Numbered from the stretch's first letter, positions 47,435 through 57,060 are shown. The stretch: DNA of 64,000 bases from an uncultured Gammaproteobacteria bacterium (GCA_964409875.1 CAYPEN010000001.1:134637-198636), one strand, 5' to 3'. Notes: generated from the sequence alone by a model not told the origin. Made by a program: numbers and translations.

Positions 47435-48799
47435 TTAGAAAGAAATGAATTCGAGGATTTTGTCCCAGGTTCCTTGTTGGGTCTTAAGTACTTTTCCGTC
47501 TTCAGCTGAAACGTATACGGTTTTAGTAAAGGCGACAGGGAAGAGCCCTATCACTTTTTTGTCCTTTACTCCGTGGATTTCGAATGCCGGTTTGTTATCG
47601 ACTTCGGTAAGTCCTACAACGTTATTAGTGTCACTTACGCTCCCCGATGTTGGAGTTCCAGTAGATACAACATTTGTAAGTACCTTTTTATCAAGAAGGT
47701 TTTGTACCGCCTTATCAGGCAGCACTGTAACATCATGTGTTCCGCTTTCTGTTGTGACTGATAATTGTTTGGTGGTGGGATCAACAGTGAGAGGAAAATC
47801 AGTATGTGCTTCAATCTTTCCTTTTTTGAATGCAAATTTCTTCGCCGACCCGGTTCCTATCTCAATTCCTTTATCTTCAAGCTCGGCATTCAATTTTTCT
47901 ATCGTATCTTTCTCCTCAAGCTCTACTTCCGTGCCGTCTTCGTTTTTCTCTTTCACCTTAACTCTCCCATCGTCTTCTCTTTTTATTTCAATGTGGCTTC
48001 CCGGCTTTTCCAATTTGATTTCGGTTTTGCTGCCTTCTTTTCTCACTTCAAGCTTGGAAGGTGTTTGTTGACCCGTAAGAGTTTGGGGAATAATAGTTTT
48101 TTGTTTGTCTTCTGTTTTCTTTGACTCCGAAGAAGCACCGACTTTTGTGAATTCAAAATTTTTTCTTCCCCACTTTGCATTCAGTTCCTGACAGTCATGG
48201 AAGCTTGTGACAAAGTGTTTGCCGTCTGGCCCCACACAATCAACTTTTGTGTCGGATGAAGGAGACGGTTGAGTGTCGGTTGGGGAAGTAGTATTTGATG
48301 ATTGACCATTTCCTCCCGAGTTTTGACCACCCGAACCCGAATTCGATTCTTGATGGGGAGGCTCCGGCTGCTCCTGTCCGTTTTGATGTTCGGTTTCTGT
48401 TTCATCTTCTCCGCCTCGTGCAAGAAGAACAGGGCCGGTGGATGCTCCCAGAACATGGACGTTGGATGATGCAGCAACGAGAAATTTAAATGCTACGGCA
48501 GCAACGAGAAGGGCAAAAGCTACCGAAGTGTATCTTACAAAGAGAATTGATTGGGGATTACGCTTCGTCCTTTTTGTTGGTGAGCTTTTCTTGCGGGTTA
48601 TTTTTTTCACAATATATACATTAGCGCAAATGCATACGGGTTTGTCAACTCTTACAATTGTTTTTAATAGGAATTTTGGTACTATTTCACAATATGGGAG
48701 AACGGCAAAGACCGGTTGTGCAAGAAATTGTAACGGAAAGTGGACCGGGTATAACGTGCATGACAATTGAGAACGGGGAATGGTCTTTTGGTTCGCCAA
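47435..48799 (-). CDS. Membrane-anchored secreted protein with a Ser/Gly/Gln-rich low-complexity linker
   Basis: 454 aa. It has a basic N-terminus, a TM helix (AFALLVAAVAFKFLVAASS), an SGSGGQNSGGNGQSS linker and a C-terminal beta-rich domain with two Cys. Its annotated start overlaps the MBL gene start. Confidence 0.5.
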   Translation of the reverse strand: MANQKTIPRSQLSCTLYPVHFPLQFLAQPVFAVLPYCEIVPKFLLKTIVRVDKPVCICANVYIVKKITRKKSSPTKRTKRNPQSILFVRYTSVAFALLVAAVAFKFLVAASSNVHVLGASTGPVLLARGGEDETETEHQNGQEQPEPPHQESNSGSGGQNSGGNGQSSNTTSPTDTQPSPSSDTKVDCVGPDGKHFVTSFHDCQELNAKWGRKNFEFTKVGASSESKKTEDKQKTIIPQTLTGQQTPSKLEVRKEGSKTEIKLEKPGSHIEIKREDDGRVKVKEKNEDGTEVELEEKDTIEKLNAELEDKGIEIGTGSAKKFAFKKGKIEAHTDFPLTVDPTTKQLSVTTESGTHDVTVLPDKAVQNLLDKKVLTNVVSTGTPTSGSVSDTNNVVGLTEVDNKPAFEIHGVKDKKVIGLFPVAFTKTVYVSAEDGKVLKTQQGTWDKILEFISF

Positions 48800-49479
48800 A
48801 CTATTATCTTGTCAGAGGTCTTAACGGGGCGGTGGTTGTTGATAGTGGAACCGGGACGGATGAAGAGTATGCGCTTTTTGAGAAAACGTGGCTTTCAAAG
48901 GGTAAGCCACCTGTTGCTGCAGTTATCGTAACGCACGAGCATTTTGACCATGACGGGGGCAGTTTTGATTTTTCAGATCTTACCGGTGCACCAATTATTG
49001 GAGGATTGGGAAAAAGGGAATCGGAGCGGGCAATGGATTTGGGAGAGCGGGAAATAACTATTCTACCTACCCCAGGGCACACGGAAGACAGTCTTTGTGT
49101 ATACGATAGAAAAACGAACAGCATTTTTACGGGAGATACGGTAATTGAAGACAAGTCAGTTGTAGTAAATGATATGTCTTCCTATCTAACATCTCTTAAA
49201 AGGCTGCAAAGAATAGCGCCTCTTCTTATTCTGCCAGGACACGGCAGTGTTATAGAAAACGCAACAGATAAAATTGCAGAATACATTGCGCACACCAACC
49301 GGCGTGAGCGGATGATAAAGCGCTTCATTCATCATGGTTTAACCTCTATAGATGCTTTAACCAAAAGGATTTACCCCCATAAGCCTGAGGTTGGAAAACG
49401 GCAAATAGAATCACACATACAAAAACTCATTGAAGAAGGGTATCTTGCAGAAATACATGGGGAGTTGACATTGATATAA
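48763..49479 (+). CDS. MBL-fold metallo-hydrolase
   Basis: The HxHxDH motif lies in THEHFDHDGG. The start at MTIENGEWSFGSPNYYLV (ATG 48763) was chosen over the track's TTG at 48658, and it still overlaps the divergent gene's 5' end by 36 nt. Confidence 0.7.
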   Translation, partial: TIENGEWSFGSPNYYLVRGLNGAVVVDSGTGTDEEYALFEKTWLSKGKPPVAAVIVTHEHFDHDGGSFDFSDLTGAPIIGGLGKRESERAMDLGEREITILPTPGHTEDSLCVYDRKTNSIFTGDTVIEDKSVVVNDMSSYLTSLKRLQRIAPLLILPGHGSVIENATDKIAEYIAHTNRRERMIKRFIHHGLTSIDALTKRIYPHKPEVGKRQIESHIQKLIEEGYLAEIHGELTLI

Positions 49480-49518
49480 ATCAAGGAAAACTTCAGGAAA
49501 AGTAATTAGAATACATAT

Positions 49519-49860
49519 ATGTTTGGATTTGATATGCCTGATGTTCCGGAAATATCCGCTGAAGAAGCATGGAATGGTATTCAAAAAAAGGAGAAAATAA
49601 TTTTTCTTGACGTCAGAACGCCACATGAGTATTCGCGTGGCAATATAAAAGGAAGTGCAAATATTCCCCTCGACACAATTACTGAAGGGTTTGAAAAAAA
49701 GTATCCCAATAAAAACAAGACCTATTACGTATATTGCCTCAGTGGTTCACGAAGTGTTGTGGCAGTAGACGCAATGATAAAGATGGGGTATAAAAATGTC
49801 TTTAGTATGACAAGTGGATTACTTTCCTGGAGGTCAAAGGGTTATCCGCTTACTTCCTAG
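49519..49860 (+). CDS. Single-domain rhodanese sulfurtransferase
   Basis: 113 aa with the active-site Cys loop YCLSGSRS and a rhodanese fold. Confidence 0.8.
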   Translation: MFGFDMPDVPEISAEEAWNGIQKKEKIIFLDVRTPHEYSRGNIKGSANIPLDTITEGFEKKYPNKNKTYYVYCLSGSRSVVAVDAMIKMGYKNVFSMTSGLLSWRSKGYPLTS

Positions 49861-50099
49861 ACTGTTGTCCTTCTTACGCATATCTTCTGAAAAACTTGCA
49901 TTATTGTTGTATCTTTGCTTCATGGATGATGGGGAGTACCAAGAAGAAAATCTCATTTCAAAGGCAGTACCCGTAGGTGTTTTTGTTATCCTCACAGCAG
50001 TTCTTCTGGCAAGCATTTATTATCTCTTTTTCAGGTAGAAGGGTAGGTTGAGTTTGTGATTAATTCATAGTACGCTTAATACTACGGTCTAAAAATTCC

Positions 50100-50663
50100 A
50101 TGATTTTTTTATTCGACAATTTGCATTGGATGCTTTTCAACTTGGTTTTGGCTTTTGTCCCTCTCTTTTTTGTTGTGCTTTTAAGACGCAAGTTAAGACC
50201 CTTTTTACGGTGGACTTTGCTGTTCTTGTGGCTTCTCTTTCTTCCGAATACTATATATCTTTTGACAGATATCCAGTACCTTCCTTACGAGTTATTTAGG
50301 GCCGCGCCTCTAGAGCAGGCTATGTTGTTTGTGGAATTTGGTCTTCTCATTTCAATTGGAGTTTTTACTTATCTTTATTCCCTTGAGCCTATTGAGCGAA
50401 TTTTGCAAAAAAAGAAAATAAAAATGAGGCTATCTGTCTATATTTTTCTTAACTGTCTTATATCCTTTGGGGTCGTTATGGGAAAGGTGCAAAGAACCCA
50501 TTCGTTATACCTTCTGACATCCCCTGGACGCGTACTGATTGATGCGTATAACACGCTTACTACAAGAGAGCTTATGCTGTGGGTTTTTGTGTTTGCCGCA
50601 ATAATTACCTTCATTTTCCTTCTTTTCAAAAGATATTTTCCGGCGTTTTCAGGTAAAAAGTGA
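50100..50663 (+). CDS. Integral membrane protein, hypothetical
   Basis: 187 aa with 5-6 TM helices. Confidence 0.45.
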   Translation: MIFLFDNLHWMLFNLVLAFVPLFFVVLLRRKLRPFLRWTLLFLWLLFLPNTIYLLTDIQYLPYELFRAAPLEQAMLFVEFGLLISIGVFTYLYSLEPIERILQKKKIKMRLSVYIFLNCLISFGVVMGKVQRTHSLYLLTSPGRVLIDAYNTLTTRELMLWVFVFAAIITFIFLLFKRYFPAFSGKK

Positions 50664-50719
50664 GGGTGTGATGCAATTACTTGCATTCTTACAAATCGGG
50701 AGTATACTAACCGTAAAGT

Positions 50720-51319
50720 ATGAATAAAAAGCTTTTGGTTGCAGTTCTTATCGTAATCCTTCTTATTGCAGGAATTATCGGTTACTTTGTGACTCAAAAT
50801 AAAAAAGCGGTTACAACATCCTCAACGCAAAATGCTGCCCCCACTCAAGCAGCACCTACCGCAGCAACTCCCGATTTTGTAAAAGCATTGCAGGGGGCAG
50901 GCTCAGTTAAATGCACATATACCTATTCGGACGTAACAACAACCAGTTACATAAAAGATGGAAAGATCCGGACAGAAATGGCAGCAAGGGGGACCACCAA
51001 CAATTCAATAATGATGAATAAAGTAGTATATTCATGGGTTACAGGTCAAAAAACGGGAATTATGATAGATACAGCTGTTATGACAGCATCCGTTACACCT
51101 GGAGCAAACGGTGCACAGAGCTATAAGGACGCCGAATCACTCAAAAACGACCTTACAAATTACAAGCCGCAATGCAGTAATGAGCCGATTGCCGATTCAA
51201 TGTTTGAAAAACCTACTGGTGTTACTTTTACCGATTACAGCAAGATGATGCAGGACATAAAAAGTAAAATCCCAGCAAACGTTACTATCCCTCAAGGATA
51301 TAAAGTTCCAACGGAATAA
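50720..51319 (+). CDS. Membrane-anchored or secreted hypothetical protein
   Basis: 199 aa with an N-terminal TM/signal anchor (LLVAVLIVILLIAGIIGYFV) and a Thr/Ala-rich linker. Confidence 0.45.
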   Translation: MNKKLLVAVLIVILLIAGIIGYFVTQNKKAVTTSSTQNAAPTQAAPTAATPDFVKALQGAGSVKCTYTYSDVTTTSYIKDGKIRTEMAARGTTNNSIMMNKVVYSWVTGQKTGIMIDTAVMTASVTPGANGAQSYKDAESLKNDLTNYKPQCSNEPIADSMFEKPTGVTFTDYSKMMQDIKSKIPANVTIPQGYKVPTE

Positions 51320-51386
51320 TTCCCTTAACCGGTAAATGTTAATTTTCTCATTGACTTTGTCCTTTTTGCCACCGTACGATAAATAG

Positions 51387-54300
51387 GTGCAAGAAGAAAA
51401 TCTATCTTCTCAACCAAACGTGCAGCCTTCCCCGGTTGTTTTAAGAGGTGTAAGTGTAGTGCAACGGATATTCTCCCGCATACCAAGGCCGGTTATTATT
51501 CTTGCAGCCATTGCTATCGGTATTCCTGCCCTTTTGTACGTTTTGAAAGGACCCTCAGGAGGTACCCCGACAAGAACAAAAAGTGAATTTGAACTCGTTG
51601 AAAGTGCGCCTTCCGATCAGCAGAATGCAACTCCGGTAATAGCCCGGCCAACATTTGTTTTTTCAAAAAAGATAGGCGTAAGCGAGAGGGAGCTGGAGAA
51701 GTATTTCACGATGGTGCCAAAAGTAGAAGGGAGTTGGCACATTGAGAAGAACGGACAGGTTGTGTACTTTACATCGGGTAAGAAAAAAGCAGGTAAATTT
51801 CCTCAGACATTTGACTATCAAACAGCATATTCTGTAACAATTGACAAACGGTTTCATTCCGAAAATGGAAAAGAGCTGGCCGGGGAAGAAAATATCACTT
51901 TTAGAACGCAGCAAAACCCCGAATTTTCACTGAAGGCTAATAAAAGCATACTTCCTGTTCCTGTTGGAGATACGATTGATATCGAAATTCAGGATTATGG
52001 ACTTCTTGACAAAAAGTACGCTAAGTCCATTCAGCAACAGACGGCAGAGCCCTACAAAGTCACACTTCAGAAAGCAACGAAAGACGAGTTACTCTCTTAT
52101 TTTATATACAAAAAGAATTCATATCTTGCGGTAAATATAATACCTGATACGCTTGTGCGACGGGCAGCGATAACAACAACCGGTCAATATATGGCCAAAG
52201 GACAGAACGGTTATTCAAAAGTGATACGTGTATCAAATCCTGCCTTTAAGGCACCAGGAATCTATTTTGTGACCTTCTCCAATAAATACGGACGCGATAG
52301 TCTTTTTGTAGTAATTTCAAAGCACGTTGCACAGGTTATCCATGATAACAAGCAAACGTTTGTTATGACAACTGACAGTAATACCAACAAAGCGGTAGGT
52401 GGGATAAAAGTCGAGTACTACAAAACACAAAATAAAGTTGCCTTGCTTGGAGTTAAATCGACAAGTGCAGAAGGAATTGCCCAGCAAGACAATTTCTCAG
52501 ACGACACAGATTTTGTTGTGACAAGCCGAGGGAATGATATTGCAGTAACATCTACGCGTGGATACAGAATGGGGTTAGCATCGGATAAGGAAAGTGAAGT
52601 TTTTTCGTACACCGATAGACCGGTTTACCGCCCTGGGGATACTGTTCATTATAAAGCGGTCATTCGGGTGAGAGACGGAAATGGAGATTTCAAAATTGAG
52701 AGAAAGAAGTATTACGTGAAGTATCAGAGCAGTTATGATGCATCGAAGGGGGATTACAAAGAGGTTGCAGTTGATGAGAACGGAACGCTGTCATTTGATA
52801 CGGTGGTGCCATTTTCTGAGAACAAGCCATATCCCGGTATATATTTAGCTTCAAAAAATACAAAAGGCGAATATCTGTCATTGGATACTTTGCAGCTTGC
52901 TGTCGAGTACTACAAAAAACCCGACATGGATATAAGTGTTAGTGCAAATGAAAAGGAATATATAAGCGGGGACACATCGCATATGACAGTTACAGGTAAA
53001 ACAAATTATGGTAAACCTTTGTCCGGCGTAAAATTTAGCTATCGGGTAATGTTAGTTGACTACCAGGAAGAAAAAGACAGGAATGACGAGAGAATAGAAA
53101 AAGATATTTATAGTAATTATTATGGAGGCGGGAAAGAACTGGCGAATGGTTCCTCAGAATTTGATAAGAACGGAAAAGCTAGCATAGAGTTTTCCACCAA
53201 ATTGCCTGACAGCTTTATACAAAGCCAGGTGGCACTCCTTGAAGTAACGCCTACTATCGGTGCAATTCCTTCTTTTGGAAAAATAGTACGCCTGATACAT
53301 CGCGGAGAGTTTGCGCTCTTTTTTGACGGTATTGAGGCAAATACTTCTACCGGGCTGAGCGGCTATACTGTTGCACTTGACCACAATAATCCGAGGAAGG
53401 CTGTCGGAAACATGAAGGGTAAGTTGACACTGACAAAAAAGGAATACTATTCCGATAATGGGCAAGTCATAGAGACAAGAGATATAGAGCTTGATGGAAA
53501 AGGACGGGCCGGTTTTGCATTCCGCAACCTGAAAGAGGGGAGCTATGAGGTAAAGTCGGAATTCTTGGACGCAAGAGGCAATAGGGTGACGGGGACACTG
53601 ATGACTTACGTAGGAGCTCCGGTTCAATTGAGCGGCACTACAAACGTTATAGGCGTTTCTTTTGATAAACCAAAATACAACGCAGGGGAAACGGCGCGGG
53701 CTACTGTCGTATCAAATTTTTTACTGGATGATGTGTATGTTGTGATAGCAGAGAACAAAGGAGGTGCGACACGGATTGTTTCTGTAGAGAAAAGAAGTGA
53801 AGAGGAGAGAACCAGCTCATTTACCATTTCAATTCCTGTTAGAAAGGAAACCGTTGGTAGTGTAGGAGTTTTGTTATATACGGTGGCAAAAGGTGAGGTA
53901 ATGATAGGCCAAAATTCATTCATTGTTGAAAGGAAAAATGATAAGCTGACGACAAATATAAGTTTTGATAAAAAGCGGTATACGCCGGGCGAAAAAGTAA
54001 CGGTGAAAATTACTACAAAAGACGCGTCGGGGAAAGGAGTCTCCGCTGATAATTCTCTATCGCTAATAGATGCGGCTCTCTTGCAACTTGGAAAACTCAA
54101 GACCGGGATTGTCGAGCAATTTACCACAAAAGACACTTATATTGCCCTCAGCCACTATGACTCGTTAACCGGCATATATGCTGAAGAAGTCGGTGGAGGC
54201 GGAGGCTGCTTTTTGGAAGGGACCCAAATACTGATGGGGGACGGAACGGCAAAGAATATTGAGGACATAAGAATAGGCGATATGATATCTACCAAGTTGT

Positions 54301-56840
54301 CTGAAACATCAAAGGAAATGATACGAAATACGGTGGAGAAGACATTTGCCCACACGGTTACCGAATACCTCCTTATAAATAACAGATTAAAAGTTACCCC
54401 CATTCACAGGATTTATCTGAATGGGCACTGGGCGGAAGCATCAGAGGCAAAAGTGGGGGATATGCTTCTGGATGTCTCTGGCGCCCAGGTTGAAATTACT
54501 TCCATAACGAAAAATATTGGAATTTTCAGGGTCTATAACCTGACGACAAATCCCTCACACACTTTCTTTGCCGATGGAATGTATGTGCATAACGAAAAGG
54601 GTCTTGACCCCAGGCAAAATTTTGTCGATACGTTGTACTGGAATCCTCACATAAAAACAGACAGTAATGGAGAGGCAACCGTTAGTTTTAAGCTTGCAGA
54701 CAATGTGACTACATTTACAGCTCAAGCATTCTCTAATACAAAAGATTCACTTTTCGGGGAAGGGACCGCAAGCATCGTAAGCTACAAAGACCTGACAATT
54801 ATCCCGTCACTCTCTGCCTTTTACTATGAGCACGACAAACCCGTAATTTCGGTTATCGCACAAAATTCTACAGGAAGTGATATGGATTTGACCATTGTTA
54901 GCGGAATAAAAGAGCTAAGTGGTGAGAACAAACAGGACATTCATGTGAAGGGAAATGACCTTGAGGTGATTGATGTGCCATTTGATTTGAGGGATTTGAC
55001 AAAGAATGCCACCTTCATTGTTGAGGCAAGAGATAGAAGCGGGAAGGTTGTTGATAGTGTTCTTATGAAAATTCCAATTTTACCTCAAGGGAATATCTCG
55101 GCACGCTGGGAATCTTTCGAGAATTCATATGACCATGTGTTCCAACCCGAATTTCCTTCGCTTGATGCAAACCGCATGGAGGTGTCAATAGTTCCCAATG
55201 CCGCAGCAAAGCTTGCACAGCCATATTATGGTATAAGTACCTATCTTTCTACTCAAACAGGGCAACAACTTTTTGCATACTCGTATATTTTGGCAAGGAC
55301 GAGGGACGGATTTATTGATCCTGCTTCATATAATTACGCCCAAGATGTGAATGAGTTCCGGGATGCAATCGAGACGCTATCCGAAGGAAGAGTTGAAAAT
55401 ACGTGGACGCAGTCTGAGTATAATAATTTTTATGGTGGTGATTCTTTCGAATCCGCCAACCTGTGGGTTGCCATGGGATTTGAAAAGGCTATTGAGAACA
55501 AAATGCTTGACGAAGTTACAAACGCACGGGAAATGGTGGATAAAACCAAAGTGTATTTTAAGGATTACGGCGGCATCAAACCTCCGCCTCCACCGCCATT
55601 TTACCCAATGAGCCCGACACCCGCTTTTTACCCGACACCGGTAGTATCACTAACGCCGACACCGGTAGCATCACTGACTCCGACACCTTCAACTACTTCT
55701 TCAGGTATTGTTTTTGCGCCACCGCCTCCGCCGCCCGTAGTATCCTTTCCACCTGCGCCTACGGTTCAACCATATTATCAACCATATCCTATGCCCCCGG
55801 TGACCCGGTACTATACCGATAATGAAAAATTGGTACGGACATTGTTGTACGGGCAGTCGTTTCCTGACGAGTTAGGAAGTAAATTTAATGAAACGCCGGA
55901 AGGTTTGGCCTCACAAATACTTTTAGGGAAAGAGAATTTGATGCAAAAGCTTCTGAGTCTTCGTATCACATCGGCATCAGACCGTTATATATGGAGCGGA
56001 TACACTACTGCATCGGAGGAATTGCCGGTTCTGGCAATTGTTGAAAAAGGAACGCTTGAGGATGCCGAAAAAGCCATACGTGGAATATCATTTACAGAGG
56101 AGAGTGCCCAGCCGTTAACCCTGTACGCGGCGGTCAAATATGCAGAAAGGAAAAATATTACCATTTCAAAGCCAACTTTTAAGGTGTTAGTTAACGGTGA
56201 AAATGCTTTTGAATTCCCATCGAAGGAGAATGATAATAATGCCTATCAAAATTTTACACAAGCTCTCTCAACCAGAAGCAGCAAAGACGGGAAATTACAT
56301 CTTGAAGTAAAGTCGAGTGGAGGACTTCCCATTTACGGAACGGTAAGTGAATTTATCTATACTGGAGCCGGACACACTGTTGACAGCGACGATTCTTACA
56401 AAGCAGACATACAGCTTGTTAGGAGTTTTCGTGATATTGAGAGCGGCCAGACAGTCAGTTCTATCGGGAAAGGAAAGACCGGTGTGGTAGTGTTCTCATC
56501 TGAACCCCAACGTCTTCTGAAGACCGGTGATGCGTCTTATGCCCTCACGTATCTTATGGAAGACATGATAGCCCCCAACAATTTTTACCTGGATCAAAGC
56601 CAATCATATTACGACCCGCAATTTCAAAGTGTTTTGAAGAAGCTTTTTCCATCAAATGACAACTCCCAACCCGCTTATGAACTCCCCGGAGAATTTACTG
56701 ACCAGACCGTATTTTATAATAGAACCCGTTCAAGGGTAAATCTTCCCTACGTTGTTTTTAGCACGTCAGATGGGACTTATTACCGGCCTAAGACGAGCAT
56801 AGTGTTCCCCATTTTAGGTGTTGTTGCAAACGAAAAGTAG
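51387..56840 (+). CDS. Giant membrane-anchored alpha-2-macroglobulin-like protein (MG-domain array) with a Hint/mini-intein domain at the bait-region position and a Pro-rich segment
   Basis: 1817 aa with a GTG start and an N-terminal TM helix (PVIILAAIAIGIPALLYVL). It has repeated A2M_N/MG-type domain starts (VFSYTDRPVYRPGDTVHYKAVIR; VSFDKPKYNAGETARATVVS; ISFDKKRYTPGEKVTVKIT). The A2M post-bait domain signature RQNFVDTLYWNPHIKTDSNGEATVSFKLADNVTTFTAQAFS is present. A TED-like segment LAQPYYGISTY stands where the A2M family has MPYGCGEQ, so the thioester Cys is absent. There is a proline-rich block (PPPPPPFYPMSPTPAFYPTPVVSLTPTP...APPPPPPVV). Confidence 0.75.
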   Translation: MQEENLSSQPNVQPSPVVLRGVSVVQRIFSRIPRPVIILAAIAIGIPALLYVLKGPSGGTPTRTKSEFELVESAPSDQQNATPVIARPTFVFSKKIGVSERELEKYFTMVPKVEGSWHIEKNGQVVYFTSGKKKAGKFPQTFDYQTAYSVTIDKRFHSENGKELAGEENITFRTQQNPEFSLKANKSILPVPVGDTIDIEIQDYGLLDKKYAKSIQQQTAEPYKVTLQKATKDELLSYFIYKKNSYLAVNIIPDTLVRRAAITTTGQYMAKGQNGYSKVIRVSNPAFKAPGIYFVTFSNKYGRDSLFVVISKHVAQVIHDNKQTFVMTTDSNTNKAVGGIKVEYYKTQNKVALLGVKSTSAEGIAQQDNFSDDTDFVVTSRGNDIAVTSTRGYRMGLASDKESEVFSYTDRPVYRPGDTVHYKAVIRVRDGNGDFKIERKKYYVKYQSSYDASKGDYKEVAVDENGTLSFDTVVPFSENKPYPGIYLASKNTKGEYLSLDTLQLAVEYYKKPDMDISVSANEKEYISGDTSHMTVTGKTNYGKPLSGVKFSYRVMLVDYQEEKDRNDERIEKDIYSNYYGGGKELANGSSEFDKNGKASIEFSTKLPDSFIQSQVALLEVTPTIGAIPSFGKIVRLIHRGEFALFFDGIEANTSTGLSGYTVALDHNNPRKAVGNMKGKLTLTKKEYYSDNGQVIETRDIELDGKGRAGFAFRNLKEGSYEVKSEFLDARGNRVTGTLMTYVGAPVQLSGTTNVIGVSFDKPKYNAGETARATVVSNFLLDDVYVVIAENKGGATRIVSVEKRSEEERTSSFTISIPVRKETVGSVGVLLYTVAKGEVMIGQNSFIVERKNDKLTTNISFDKKRYTPGEKVTVKITTKDASGKGVSADNSLSLIDAALLQLGKLKTGIVEQFTTKDTYIALSHYDSLTGIYAEEVGGGGGCFLEGTQILMGDGTAKNIEDIRIGDMISTKLSETSKEMIRNTVEKTFAHTVTEYLLINNRLKVTPIHRIYLNGHWAEASEAKVGDMLLDVSGAQVEITSITKNIGIFRVYNLTTNPSHTFFADGMYVHNEKGLDPRQNFVDTLYWNPHIKTDSNGEATVSFKLADNVTTFTAQAFSNTKDSLFGEGTASIVSYKDLTIIPSLSAFYYEHDKPVISVIAQNSTGSDMDLTIVSGIKELSGENKQDIHVKGNDLEVIDVPFDLRDLTKNATFIVEARDRSGKVVDSVLMKIPILPQGNISARWESFENSYDHVFQPEFPSLDANRMEVSIVPNAAAKLAQPYYGISTYLSTQTGQQLFAYSYILARTRDGFIDPASYNYAQDVNEFRDAIETLSEGRVENTWTQSEYNNFYGGDSFESANLWVAMGFEKAIENKMLDEVTNAREMVDKTKVYFKDYGGIKPPPPPPFYPMSPTPAFYPTPVVSLTPTPVASLTPTPSTTSSGIVFAPPPPPPVVSFPPAPTVQPYYQPYPMPPVTRYYTDNEKLVRTLLYGQSFPDELGSKFNETPEGLASQILLGKENLMQKLLSLRITSASDRYIWSGYTTASEELPVLAIVEKGTLEDAEKAIRGISFTEESAQPLTLYAAVKYAERKNITISKPTFKVLVNGENAFEFPSKENDNNAYQNFTQALSTRSSKDGKLHLEVKSSGGLPIYGTVSEFIYTGAGHTVDSDDSYKADIQLVRSFRDIESGQTVSSIGKGKTGVVVFSSEPQRLLKTGDASYALTYLMEDMIAPNNFYLDQSQSYYDPQFQSVLKKLFPSNDNSQPAYELPGEFTDQTVFYNRTRSRVNLPYVVFSTSDGTYYRPKTSIVFPILGVVANEK
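54207..54593 (+). other. Hint (intein-like / BIL-type) domain embedded in the A2M-like protein
   Basis: 129 aa run from CFLEGTQILMGDG (block A, Cys1) through TPIHRIY (block B, TxxH) to VYNLTTNPSHTFFADGMYVHN (blocks F/G, terminal His-Asn). The following residue is Glu, not Cys/Ser/Thr, so this is not a canonical splicing intein. It is preceded by a GGGGG linker. Confidence 0.8.
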
Positions 56841-56879
56841 TTGTTTTCAAAGCACCAATTTACCTGTATAATACGTCAT

Positions 56880-57002
56880 ATGGCAAAAAGACCTACGGGA
56901 GTCGGAAAACGGGGACGTGTCCACTCACCGAAAACAAAAAAAAGACTTGCTGCAAAACGCGAAATGCTTGCAGCACTTAAAATAAAAAGAAGACACCAAT
57001 AA
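56880..57002 (+). CDS. Small, highly basic 40-aa protein, apparently leaderless
   Basis: MAKRPTGVGKRGRVHSPKTKKRLAAKREMLAALKIKRRHQ. The extended -10 TGTATAAT at 56865-56872 lies 7 nt before the ATG, with no RBS. It is below the ORF-track size cut-off. Confidence 0.3.
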   Translation: MAKRPTGVGKRGRVHSPKTKKRLAAKREMLAALKIKRRHQ

Positions 57003-57060
57003 CTCCGTTTTCTTTTCAATTTCTTACAGATTACAAATATTCCGGCACTAGAATAGCTAT

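Noticed and set aside
54207-54593. Canonical self-splicing intein
   Set aside because: The +1 residue after the terminal His-Asn is Glu with no Cys/Ser/Thr. This fits a BIL/Hint autoprocessing domain rather than a splicing intein.
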